Positions 1 to 13,045 of a stretch of DNA of 64,000 bases are shown piece by piece (position 1 is the first letter of the stretch; each line of letters opens with the position of its first letter). A program made the translations under genes and the position numbers. Source of the stretch: Octopus vulgaris. Its lineage: Eukaryota. The stretch lies in assembly GCA_951406725.2 (NCBI GenBank), contig OX597818.1:64480001-64544000 (forward strand), in the 5' to 3' direction. Below the pieces are notes generated by a model that worked only from the letters and a program-made list of their open reading frames with translations, had not been told where the DNA came from and did not search any database.

Positions 1-176
<176 letters not shown>

Positions 177-755
177 CAGGTTATACATGTATAAATATAT
201 ATTTTAAGAAACAGATGTAATAGTGAAAATATTGTAATTACATCATAATTTGATGTGTGTCCTAAGTAGTACAACTGAAGTATTTTCAAGTTTCTCTGAG
301 AATTGACCGGCACCAGAACAACAAAAATGTTCACATATTACGTAATTATGATTGAAAAATTTAATTATTTTTCGCTAAATATATATTTTTATAATCGATA
401 CTGATCAAATATCAGATTCTATCATTGAAAACACAGTTATAATGAACACCGCCCATCAAACAAAAATAATACATAGAGAAATCGTTACCTAATTGGAAAT
501 CATTAATTAGAAATTTTATCTTCGTTCAAGCTTTGATAACGTTTTTTGGCAAATTATCTAATTGGTGACGTCAGACATGTATGTAAATTTGCTAAAAGTA
601 GAAATATGGAAACCACATTTTCGAACATTCTTCTTGTCAACTAACTATGTATCTGATCTGAGTTTCCATACTATTACAACGGTTTGATATATATATATAT
701 ATAGATGGATAGATAGATAGATAGATAGATATAGACAGATACACACAAACACACG

Positions 756-814
<59 letters not shown>

Positions 815-821
815 TGATGTG

Positions 822-854
<33 letters not shown>

Positions 855-856
<2 letters not shown>

Positions 857-1082
857 TGTCTATAATTTCACCTCAGACCTACGGCCGTTTTTCTACACTG
901 TTATTATTGACAGCCTCCTATGATATTGCTGTGGGGTCGCCCTAGGGAAAAAAGTTACAATATCTTATCCGATGACACTCCCGGACCTTAAGTAAGGCAT
1001 GTGTAAAATTTGAATGAAATTGGTTGTGTAGTTCTCGAGTTTTAGGGAAACACACAGACAGACACACATTCTCAGTTTTATA
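855..1082 (-). mobile_element. Partial non-autonomous Helitron-like element (5' part)
   Basis: Ends ...gacagacacacattctcagttttatatatat, resembling the end of the Helitron at 5552-6081 (...gacagacactcacgcaactacagttttatatatataga); no CTAG/hairpin end visible. Confidence 0.4.
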
Positions 1083-1200
1083 TATATATATATATATAAT
1101 TAATCAATATAGGGTGGCAAAAAAATTTTGTAGAATTCTTTTGCCACCAGCGGCCTAGTAGGAAAAAAATTAAATAGTCATAAACCATTTTTAAGTTCAA

Positions 1201-1443
1201 CATCACAATCAAGGAACGGCCATAATAGGCCATTCACCCACTAGAAATAACAGCCAAAAGCTTCAACCGCAAAATAACATCAATTCCGTAAACCAGGAGA
1301 AAATTAAAAACAGGAGAAAATTAAAAACATTTACGTTTTTAATTTTCTCCTGGTTTACGGAATTGATGTTATTTTGCGGTTGAAGCTTTTGGCTGTTATT
1401 TCTAGTGGGTGAATGGCCTATTATGGCCGTTCCTTGATTGTGA

Positions 1444-1445
<2 letters not shown>
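1201..1445. repeat. Perfect 111-bp inverted repeat (fold-back) with 23-nt spacer
   Basis: 1201-1311 is the exact reverse complement of 1335-1445; the spacer holds a 17-nt direct duplication of the arm end. Confidence 0.95.
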
Positions 1446-1494
<49 letters not shown>

Positions 1495-1577
1495 CACCCC
1501 CATACATGTAAATATGTACATGTTTTTGCTTGTATATGTTTTTCTACGTATATATATGTATATATTTGTACACATAC

Positions 1578-1643
<66 letters not shown>

Positions 1644-1977
1644 CCACACATGTACATATATATGTGTATATATATGTGTGTTTGTATGTATATTACGCAC
1701 CTGCCATTCAAATGCGCATCCATCTTCAAAACATTACATTTGACATACCGTTGTCAGTGCTACCATTAATAGTTGAATGTATATTGTCAGTATTATTTAA
1801 TCAATCTTGTATATAGAATTACTAAAATTATTATTGTCTGCATATGATATTAGTGTGTTGAGATATACCTCTTCGTAATATTAATACACTTCTATATACA
1901 ATAAATCATTTACTGTTATATATCATACGTGCAGATCCTTCCGATTAGTGAATAAAATATTATTCGTATTCCTACAG

Positions 1978-2033
1978 GAATATCGATGCCATCTCTGCTG
2001 CCACACGATGTTTGGAATTCTAAATATTCAATG
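1978..2033 (+). CDS. Candidate internal exon of an unidentified host gene
   Basis: Acceptor ttcgtattcctacag|G, donor ATG|gtatgt; 56 nt open as xISMPSLLPHDVWNSKYSM; no homology recognised. Confidence 0.3.
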
Positions 2034-2239
2034 GTATGTAAGATTCTAAACTTATGGTTTTATCTCTGAATGTTATCAATCCGAATGTGTACGTGTTGTC
2101 ATTTGTCAAATTTATATATGAATTTTACAAGGAAAATTATATTAGAGCTTATTTTATTAAACAGTATTAAGTGTTGCTGCCACATTCGTTTTATTTGAAA
2201 TGTTTCACATCGAATTTGAAATTTGGATAAGAGGCACCT

Positions 2240-2440
2240 GTTGTTGTTGTTGTTTTTGTTGCAATGATAGTGGTGATGGTGATGATGGCAGTGGATGTGG
2301 TGGTGATAGTGGTGATGGTGATGATGGCGGTGGAGGTGGTGGTGATAGTGCTGATGCTGATGATGGTGGTGGATGTAGTGGTGATCGTGGTGGTAATTGG
2401 TGAGGGCGTTAAGTGTAGTGGCGGTGGCGGTGTTGATGGA
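2240..2440. repeat. Degenerate (TGT)n/(GGT/GAT)n trinucleotide tract
   Basis: Direct inspection; produces the Gly/Asp and Val/Met low-complexity ORFs. Confidence 0.9.
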
Positions 2441-3087
2441 TCTCCGTCGTTTGCACGGTGAGCACCGATGTCTTGTATCTACTAAACGTCCTGAGTCGGA
2501 ATCAAAATATATAGGGGGCTTGGCATTCCACTAACGCGTTCTCTCTTTACATAAATCTCACATCGAATCATCATGTCGCAGTTTGCGATGCAGTCCTACC
2601 ATTTGAATTACACGTATAACACACCTGATTGACTAATAAATGCCATCTAACATCTCTCAGAAGTTATTGGGGGAGCTGGGATTCTGAAAATTACAAAGAT
2701 CAACTTGCTATGGAGTTGTATTGAACCAAGGATATCATCGCTTTCAGAGTAGAATTCTTAACTATTCGGCAGTATTGTGAATAAGTTGTAGATTATATAA
2801 CGTATAAATAACTTGCTGCATTGTCTTGACACAATCTGTCTTATTGTATTGAGGTATCGTGTTCTATTCACAGAACAGTAAATTATATTATCTTTTGTTC
2901 TTCAATATCGTCGTATTCTTAAAGTTCGTTCTGGTCAGGACTTGTTTAACAATCCGATCAAACTTGAAACTAAACTACACAAATTGTATACACAGAACCA
3001 TAGAATTTGCCTCATTATTTAGCACACCTGAGAAAGTTTCCATAGTTTTAGTAATCATTTCGTTTTCAGTTCAAACTTTCTCTTCAG

Positions 3088-3132
3088 ATTAAACATGACA
3101 AAATGCAGCTCTCTCCTTCCGACATCATTTGA
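3088..3132 (+). CDS. Candidate terminal coding exon
   Basis: Acceptor actttctcttcag|A; phase-compatible with 1978-2033 giving IKHDKMQLSPSDII*; followed by repeat-poor UTR-like sequence with AATAAA at 3511. Confidence 0.25.
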   Translation: MKHDKMQLSPSDII

Positions 3133-4750
3133 GCTTGCAAAGACGCCAGCCGACAGCTAAGTGAAATATATTTAAGAGGAAGCAGTAATTTGAGAGAATG
3201 TATGAATGTATTGAGTTATTGTAAATCTATATTTTATATCTTTACCTGCTCTTGAAATTCGGCTCCTAATACTTGTGAAAATTTTATATGCTTGGAACTA
3301 TCATCCAATTATAAACAGACCAACAGATCGAGACTACCATTAAGATCATATCGACATTATCAAGGAGAATGTGATGTTTAAGTAACTGTTTCAATTTTTA
3401 GTAACTGATTGCGGATGAATAATATATTGGAGCTAAGGAGGCTACAGGTTGATGTAGAAAAAACTCATTACCTGGTACTCTGCATCGTCTGACAGAAACA
3501 ACTGTGTGATAATAAAGGTTGATCAAGTACTAATGTTTCTTTCTATACATTAATGATAATTCACTGGAAGGCGTAAGTGCATTGAATCGAATATTTTTCG
3601 CATACAGTATTCAAGAAGGAAATCCTTATTTATGTATCGTGTTAACGTATTTCAACTTTTATTTGTTATTTATACAAACGCATCATATTTTCTGTAGAAA
3701 TGTCAAATATTATGCAGCCCGTAGCAATAATATTTGAGAAAAAAGTTTTCATTCTTGTTTTCTTTTCTTTTATTTTAATCCTAAAATATATATATTATCG
3801 TATTTCATATTGCCCTCTGCAATCCGATAGGTTTTACATAAAAGTACCTCGTAACATGTCATGAAAATGGAAGATTAACAATTTTCAGTAAATGTAGATA
3901 GATTCTGAATTACATAACATTATATTTTCTTGTGTATAATTTGATAATTTTGCCCCTAAATTTCCTCGCTAAATGCCTTCAAAAGACATTTAGCATTTAA
4001 GATTTTAAAAGTGAAAATATGAATTCCAAAGATCTGAAAACTGCTTTATTTCCCTTATATTTGTTTGAGAAATGCATGTGCGCCATCGATAAAAAGTATA
4101 TTTATATGCAATTAAAAACAAAGGCCGCTGTTGGAAAATCTGTTGTGCGTGCTGTGTCGCTTTTGAAACTGAGGATATGTGCTGTAGACTTGCCCTGTTA
4201 TGACCTGCTACACAATCGGATTGTGGTTTCTTCTCTGCTACATTATTTAGTGCAGAATAGTTCTAGCAGTGGCGTGTCTACTGCTGAGCCTGTGGTCTAT
4301 GTATCATATCACATGGGCTATGCTTTTCAGTGCTGACCTCAAAGAGTGTGTTGTACATAGAAATACGTTATTTGAGACATTGCACTTCATATTCCACGTA
4401 AAGTACGTTTGTGTTAAGTGTTTCGGAACGCTGATTGTAGCTTTGTACTGAATATGACAAAACCCTTTTATCTGTGTGGGAACCACTAATTTGTATGATG
4501 CCAAAACGCTAAAGGTTTTGTAAACCACGGAAACCGGACAAGGTATGTCTACTAAATAGTAGAAATATTCATTAAAAGCATTAATAGACATTCTGCTACT
4601 GCTAGAAATAAATTTTCGATCTTTTTTCGTTTTGAGAATTCTATGGAAATACATAAGTATACAATTATGTATTTATTTATGCCTACGCGTAGGTATTTAT
4701 CTACATACATATATCAGAGCATCCGATAAACAATGTTCGAAAAATCATGC

Positions 4751-4965
4751 TCTTTTTACTCTTTCAATTGTTTCAGTCATTTGACTGCAGCCATGCTGGA
4801 GCACCGCCTTTAGTCGAGCAAATCGACCCCGGGACTTATTCTTTGTAAGCCCAGTACTTATTCTATCGGTTTCTTTTGCCGAACCGCTAGGTGACGGGGA
4901 CGTAAACACACCAGCATCGGTTGTCAAGCAATGCTAGGAGGACAAACACAAACACACAAACATAT

Positions 4966-4998
<33 letters not shown>

Positions 4999-5155
4999 CG
5001 ACAGGCTTCTTTCAGTTTCCGTCTACCAAATCCACTCACAAGGCATTGGTTTGCCCGGGGCTATAGCAGAAGACACTTGCCCAAGAGGCCACGCAGTGGG
5101 ACTGAACCCAGAACCATATGGTTTGTTAGCAAGCTACTTACCACACAGCCACTCC
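4751..5155 (-). mobile_element. tRNA-derived SINE family 1, full length
   Basis: Minus-strand head GGAGTGGCTGTGTGG...GGTTCAGTCCC (A/B boxes), GGGCAAGTGTCTTC core, internal microsatellite, tail CAGCATGG..CAGTCAAATGACTGAAAC; near-identical copies at 41211, 51812 and 58019. Confidence 0.92.
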
Positions 5156-5551
5156 TATGCCTATACACTGCAAATATTACATCTGAAAACATCGGAGAAC
5201 TTGGCTGCGAAAAAATTCTTCACAAACCTTTTCACTAATACTTCACTCCTTCTGATTACTAATTGCCAAGAAGCTTAGAGATGGATTAGTACAAAAAGTC
5301 CCAAAGCGGTCGAAACTGACCTCTCTTCATTCTTCTCATCGATACCAAAAAAGTTTTCCGTGAATGAAATTTTAAAATCTGATGAGCAGAGAGAAGGAAG
5401 TTATCTATAATGGTGGGAATTAAATACAGGATGGAATTTCAATAAAATGTAAAATTAGACCACTTTTCCATCACGCAAAGGTCGAACATTACTTATGGGA
5501 TGACCTGATATATGTATGCACGCATGAGTGTATGTATACGTTTATATATTA

Positions 5552-6081
5552 CTAGCAGTATCGCCCGGCGTTGCTCGGGTTTGTAAGGGAAATAACTATA
5601 TAAGCATTTTTAGAGAGTTATAGCAAAAAAATGCATTAAAAATGGAATAAAAAATGATGGTAATTTTTTTTTAAATCGTTGACTCAGTGTCTTCAAGCCA
5701 TGAAGTCGTTGTTCTAAAAGAACGCTGGTCTCCTTGACAGCGCTTTACGACGTTGATTTCCTTACACTCCCTTCCCCACAGCTTCACGAGGGAGGGAAGA
5801 AGAGGGAGAAGCAACACAGGTGCAGGTGTGACCATGGACGCCAACTCCGCCGCCATCGACACACGAAAAAATATGCGTTAAAATGGAAAGAAATGATGTT
5901 AAATTATTTTTTAAATCGTAGACTCATCGTAGACGCGCGCTAATACCCAGACGGGCTCGATATGAATCCCGACTATAAGATACCCGAATTTGGTTAAACT
6001 GCACCGCAAAATGTGGGAGTAGTTAGGAATCTAAATCGTAGGAGACAGACACTCACGCAACTACAGTTTTATATATATAGA
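5552..6081 (-). mobile_element. Non-autonomous Helitron
   Basis: Minus strand starts TC and ends CTAG, subterminal hairpin CCCG-AGCAACGC-CGGG, inserted between A and T; sister copy at 47792-48186. Confidence 0.88.
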
Positions 6082-6202
6082 TATAAGCAAGAAAGAGTAG
6101 CACAGTTCAATTGAAGTATCACTCTAATCATTTAAGTGTGAAACTCTGTGCATATATATGTGTGCATGTGTCTGTGGGTACGTGTATATGCACATATATA
6201 TT

Positions 6203-6795
6203 TCTCTTATCTATAACTTGTTTCCCTCATCTGACTGCGGCCATCCTGGGATACTGTTTTCAGCTGTTACTGTTGAATAAATCAACCCCACCAACGACAT
6301 TTTTTAAAGCTCGGTACTTATTCGATAGGGTTGTTTTGCAGAACCACACACGTACACACACGCACACGCACGCAGGCGCCTTCACACACACACATACATA
6401 CATACATACATACATACATACATACATACATACATACATACATTCATACATAAATATATACATACATACATACGTACAGGGTGTCCCCAAAAAATGTATA
6501 CACACCTTAAATAATTGTAAATTTGTTATTCTTTGTAAGCCTAGTACTTATTCTATCGTTCTCTTTTGCCGAACCACTATGTGTATACATTTTTTGGGGA
6601 CACCCTGTATATATATACACACACATTTTGTGTAGAAGGTCTTCTTTCGGCTTCCCTCTATCATATCCACTAACAAGACCTTAGCTGACCCGATGGTATA
6701 CGAGAAGACACTGCCCGATGATGCCAAGCATCTGCGCCTGAAACCGGAACCACGTGGTTGGTAGCGAAATTTATAGCCATATAGTGACGCCAATA
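6203..6795 (-). mobile_element. Diverged SINE family 1 copy interrupted by a MITE
   Basis: Degenerate match to 4751-5155 (gactgcggccat, ggtacttatt, agaagacactgccc, ccggaaccacgtggttgg). Confidence 0.7.
6477..6607. mobile_element. 131-bp Tc1/mariner-type MITE
   Basis: Perfect 27-bp TIR CAGGGTGTCCCCAAAAAATGTATACAC with TA on both sides. Confidence 0.9.
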
Positions 6796-9700
6796 CCTAT
6801 GTAGAGGTTAATAATATTGGTGTGCGAATTTTATATATTTATAAGGAAAGTTAGAATCGTCATACTTGTCATATATTAAGTACTTTTAACTCCATCAGTG
6901 ATTTATTATTAGCAGTGAGATGTTGAATTTTTTCTCGTTTGCTGTATGTATACAAGTTGGTTGCAAAAGTTAGAGTTGAATTACATTCTTGGATTTTTAA
7001 GAAAGGATGCTGGGCAGCCATTATTCTAGGTAGTCTTTGTCATGTTAATTGAATGTGTGTGCGTGTGTGTGGTCAAGTGTTAAACAAAGTGTATATGAGA
7101 TTTTTGGTAATTGGTTAAAAAAGGAAGAAAAAAAGGGTGAAATAAAAAGGTTGTTTTCTGGAATCGTTGATTTCATGATAGGTCAAATGAGGTTAACCAT
7201 TTTACCAATTGAAATAAATTGTTGTTTTTAATCGTTAAATGGTTGACTTGTTTTCTTTGGTCACCTGTTTAGAGGCTGCTTAGATACAGAATTCGACAAA
7301 TTGTTTTGGAAGGCTTCTGAATGTGAGTGTATGTGTGTGAAAGAGAGAGATTTTGTGTGTGCGCATATCTATGTCTGCAATTGTGTGTGTATGTTTGTTT
7401 TTTTTTGTGGGAGAGAAAGTGTGTGTTTGTCAAGTTATAAAGCGAAAATAATACAACTAATACACCTAAATTACAAGAAACGAACAAAACATACCGTAAA
7501 ATATATTAGGAATCCAGTTAGACTATTAACTAATCAATATCCAGACTCCTTAATCGAGGAAGGAATGAACTATTTATGCCGTTCTAAAATTAGAGAGAAA
7601 AGTTCCAACGGATTAGCCAAGATCTTTAGAAGTTCGGTAAAAGAAAAAGGACATAAGCGAACGGTGAAATCAGCCCATAAAAATTTTAAAACTAAGAGCT
7701 TCAGCACATAAGTCTCTAACACAACATCTAAGTAATATTTTAGAATTTTCAAACACTTATTCCCATTAATATCCAGCTATGTTCTGAATGACACCGGCAT
7801 TTTCAAATAGTCTTGTCTACTGCCCCAGAATGAACTACGCTAATAATGTTCGATGTAAGTAACTTTCTACTAACCACATGTGTTGCACCTGGAAGCAATC
7901 AAAGAGGGTGTAGAAAAGGACAGACGGATTATAATTGGTCGGTTGTAATTGACTTCATCACCAAATCTGTAAGTTTAGTAGTGGAAGAAAATATCTTCAA
8001 ATGTGATGGTAAAAGAATTTGTCGAATATATATCACACTAATGTGGACGAAATAGCTCCTTCTAATAATAAACGGGTGAAGTTTGTTTTTCTTAGAGGAA
8101 AAATTATATCAGGAAGTAAAGAAAAGAATTGACCAAAACTTCAAGAATCACATTATCGCGAATTGGAAACGCATCTCCGATTACTTCTTTATTTGAACCA
8201 CACATATTATAATGAATTAATGTTCATTGTAAGATGAAGACTCTCATGCATCCATTAAACTCAGAAGAGACACAGGTCGTAGTGACCTGCCTCTCTCACA
8301 CATTCATGTAAATGTTTATAAAGATACCGATATAATTTTTAAAAAACACAGACACAGACGTTTTTGAATTTGAACTATTGACATCCCTCACACATGAAAC
8401 AGAGCATTCGGTATAGAAGGGCAACTCATATTGATGCAGTAAGTAATGGAGAGGAATAAGTCCATTTGCATATCCACTATTCCAAATGTCCGTAATTTCC
8501 CCAAAATCTACTCCTTTTGTTTACGTGGAGCGTGATGTTTTGTTAGCGAGAGATGTCAGAAAAAATTAGCAGCACGAATATATGCAATATAATAATTGCA
8601 CGATGTGTAATTCTATAAAAATGCAAATCCTTTAACTCCTCTTGTTTGACGGAAGATTGTGATATTCATTTTCTTGCTGGTTTCTTTCTTCGTCCATTCC
8701 ACTCTTGAAATCATTTGTCATCAGTCCTCTGTTTTAGTTCATCGACCGGTGTTTTCCAGTTGACTTTCTTCATTATATGAATCTTACAGTGACTGATGAA
8801 TTGTTACACAAGCACAATGATTGAAGCAGCTGTGAATTTTATTTCTATTTCATTAATTATCCAGATAACATGAACTTTGTTCTGCTTATGATTGCAGCCT
8901 TCTATTAACGTTCGTTTCATAACAAAATTAAATGGGTTTTAGCAAAAGAATAACTTAGAGGAACGACATGCCACATTTCAACAGAAAAATTATTTGCTTA
9001 ATTGACCATAAAAATGATAGTCGTTCCAATGTAATTTTTCTGTCATGAAGATCTACTCACGTGACATTTGAACGACGACGTCCCACGCAAGTCCTGAGCT
9101 ATTGTTCTGAGAAATAAGTTTAATACTGTTCATCTGAAACTGGTCACATTTTTAGGTGCGACATAAATCTAGACAAACCCCTTTTTGGTCCTCTTGTTAC
9201 GTTCCTAAAGATCCGGGCAATAACCTTTACGATATCCATCTTTATCGGGCTCCATCCTTTCAATCATGAATATTTCCACAGTAATCCTAGCAAACATTAT
9301 TCTCGTTTTTGATATCTCTTGCATTGAAAAAGCGCAATACTTGTAGCTATATTTTAATCACCTCTATTATTTTAATGACTGATGAAGGTGACCAGTGTTA
9401 TCTTTTTCAAAACAGCAATCTGATTGACAATAAAAATCAAATGTTATAATTAAAGGATCGTAGAAATGATGAAATAGAAATTTCTTGATAACGTTTCTTT
9501 TGATGAATTGCCTTGTGGTTATGTTATGAATAAAGAAATCCCCGGTTTTACTTCAAGCTTCTAATTATGTATGAAAATTTCAATGAAATTTTGTTTTTGC
9601 TAATATCAAACCTTACTTTACAAAACAAAATATCACTTGTGTTGCTTCTCTCCTAGCAGGAGTTAAAATAATCGATTGATACTTTCGACGAAGCCATAAT

Positions 9701-10971
9701 TATCACGCAAGGAAAATTTAAATGAATGGCGTTTTAATGAAAAGACTCAAGCAAAGGCCATATCTGAAATCTTAATAAGTCTAATGAGATTAAAATAGTT
9801 TCTTCAATATCAATATGATATTTAGTTTCAAATGTATAGACGACATTATTCACCGCAAGTAGGGAATGTACATAGGTATTGTTATATTCATAAGCAAGGG
9901 GATAGTCATCACTTATTACCAAACCAACGCCGTCAATATTTATCAAGTAGCGTGTGGCTAGAGTTTAATATAACGAAGGTCAAAAGTAAATAATATCGAG
10001 AGAATCATTTTCTTAAAGACTTAATAACAAATGCCATACTGTGCAACGTATGCTTGATCGATATTTTTGTTAATCCTAATGCGCAAAATCCTAATTGAAA
10101 ACGGAACATTTCACATATATATGTGACATACTTACACAAATAGAGATGAAAGAATCGCTTTAACATAGTTTCAGAATAAAGAAATATTTACCATTGTTTC
10201 ATTATCACGGAGATTAATGTTACTAATTAGAGCATTAACACGATGCACTGATTTACTAAGAACAGCATGATATTTACTAATACCAGAATACTCTTAACAT
10301 GCAGAAAGCATAAAAAATATTCATTTTTAAAAAATATATTACAGTTGTTAGTTTCCGCATGAACATGTTGTTCTACCATAACTGTGAAGTCAATGTTGAA
10401 TGAACAGAATATCTTTTAATTATGTTATATTCTTGAGAAGCAGTATGTTCCAAGTGAATCCACAGATTCGATCATTCATCAGTCGGACATATTTTGCTTC
10501 ATATAGTGATAAAATCGTCCATTATGGCCTCTCTATTACATTTCAGCTATTCAGGAGGGAGGAGGTTGTCGATTCTCATCGATTTTCTGTATTTCAGCGA
10601 ACTTTTGCAATTTTACATTCGCGCATGACAAAGTAACTATTGTCAAATAATTGGAAGTTATCAGCGAGTTACTTCCTTCTCAACTTGTAGTTGTAGAGTC
10701 CGGAGCAGACTTTCATCCATCTAATCTTATGTCCTGCCGTCTTTATTTTCCTCCTTTCTTCTATTTCTTTTTTTTTTTCTAGGTAAGGCAGCGAACCGGC
10801 GGGATCGATATCTTGCTGTACAAAATGCAAAGCTGTAATTCTTCCACGGGCACTTTGTGAATCCAAATTCGATAGAAGTAGAGCTAGTTGGAAAATGGGA
10901 TCGATATAATTGACACAACCTTCCACTGAACAGAATTTCCTAGAATTCCACCAATGTTATTCGTACTTCGC

Positions 10972-11335
10972 TTTTACTCTTTTACTCTTTTATTTGTTTC
11001 AGTGATTTGATTGCGGCCATGCTGGGGCACAGCCTTTAGTTGAGCAAATCGACCTAATACTTATTCTATCGGTCACTTTTGCCGAACCGCTAAGATACGG
11101 GGACGCAAACACACCAGTATCGGTTGTCAAGCGATGTTGAGGTGGGGGGGGGACAAACACACAAACACACAATCATATACACACACATATATACACAGAC
11201 ACACACACACACACATATATATATGTGTATATATATATGTATATATGTCTATATATATATATATATAGAGAGAGAGAGATGACGGGTTCGTTCAGTTTCC
11301 ATCTACCATATCTACTCACAAGGCTTTGGTCTGCC
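10972..11335 (-). mobile_element. SINE family 1, head-truncated
   Basis: Matches the tail and body of 4751-5155. Confidence 0.85.
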
Positions 11336-11867
11336 AATAGGGAGACAGAGATATAGAATCGTTTTCATTACATTGTTTTGGGGACAATGATATGGGAAAT
11401 TTCCGTCGAGCAAGTTTGCAAAAAGTTTGTATCAATGAGACAAAATATATAAATTGTGTTTATTGCAGAATTTTCTTCGTAACGCATTAAATATTGTGTC
11501 TGTATAGAACGATGACAACTGGAATCATTGTAGATACACTGCCATAATTATTTTTAAAATGACAAACAAAATCGAGCAAGTAAACGAAACGTTAAATACA
11601 ATCCAGTTCATGACTAATTGACAGTCAAGTGTTCTCGCATATTTCACTTGCTTCAGTCATTAGACTGCGACCATGCTGGAGTACCAATTTGAAGCGTCTA
11701 ACTTGAATGATTCAACCTCTGCTTTTTTTCTTGATACGTATTCTATCTTTTGCCGACATGCTTAGTTTCGAGGACGTAAACACACCACGACGTGTTTTGA
11801 AGCGGTGGTATGGGACAAAAACAAAAACATGCCTACCCTGCCATGTATGTATATATGTATGTGCGTG

Positions 11868-11936
<69 letters not shown>

Positions 11937-12005
11937 GTGTGTGTGTGTCTGTGTGTCTGTGTCTGTATGTGCGTGTATATATATATAAATATATATATAT
12001 GTATG

Positions 12006-12074
<69 letters not shown>

Positions 12075-12148
12075 ATGTATATAGATATATACATATATAC
12101 ATATACAAACATATTTATAACTATGTATATATATATAAATATATATAC

Positions 12149-12230
<82 letters not shown>

Positions 12231-12802
12231 GTACGTATGTATATATTTATATATATATATGTATGTGGTTATTAAAATTCATACAGGAACGTAGTAAATT
12301 GTGGAAGGGTGTGCCTCTCAGTTGGAGGTCTAAAAAGACATGTTAAGGGAGTGCATATGGTGACACCTGTTTCTCCTGCCAGCCAGCACAGTTGTATGTA
12401 ATAAAATGTGTAAAAGCTTGACCGGGCGTAAAGTCATATAAGAGCATGGCAACAATCATGAAACATTTCAGTAAGTCTTCTTGCCAATGGCTATTCCCGT
12501 GTAACGAGGTAGCAGCTGTGATGCGTGTGTGTGTATGTATGTATGTATGTGTGAATGGATGTATATACAGGGATCGAGTTGTAGGGAGAAAGTTAGCTTC
12601 GAGCAATCCGAAATGAATATAAAGAAACCAAATTGCAGGAACAATAGTTGTTAATTGAGACAGACGGTTGCAGTTTTATTTTCCCTTTATCAAAGAACGA
12701 TGAGCTGAAAGAACTTATTAGTGTATCCCTCGGAAGGCAACCAGGGTTTTCGAGTGTGCGACAAAGAATACCAGAGTTACGGAATGGAGTATGGAGAATC
12801 CG

Positions 12803-12873
12803 GGCTACATAAGTTTCGCATCACAAGCGGAAAAATCCAGGTGAGGTGTGTAACTCCGGCTACTCCTCAGACT
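12803..12873 (-). ncRNA. Degenerate hammerhead ribozyme motif
   Basis: Minus strand: CTGAGGA-GTA...TGC-GAAAC-TTAT-GTA; stem I poor. Confidence 0.35.
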
Positions 12874-13045
12874 AAAGACATCTCGATTACATTAAAGTCT
12901 AAAAGAAATGTTTGAGCTAAAGATTAGCCTTTGTTAAGCTCCTCACTTGGATTTTAGCACTTCTAAGTTTGCGCACGCTTTGAAGCATCTCTGCCCGGAT
13001 TTTCCATATGCCATTCCGTAACTCTTTTGATTGTGTGCATATGTA

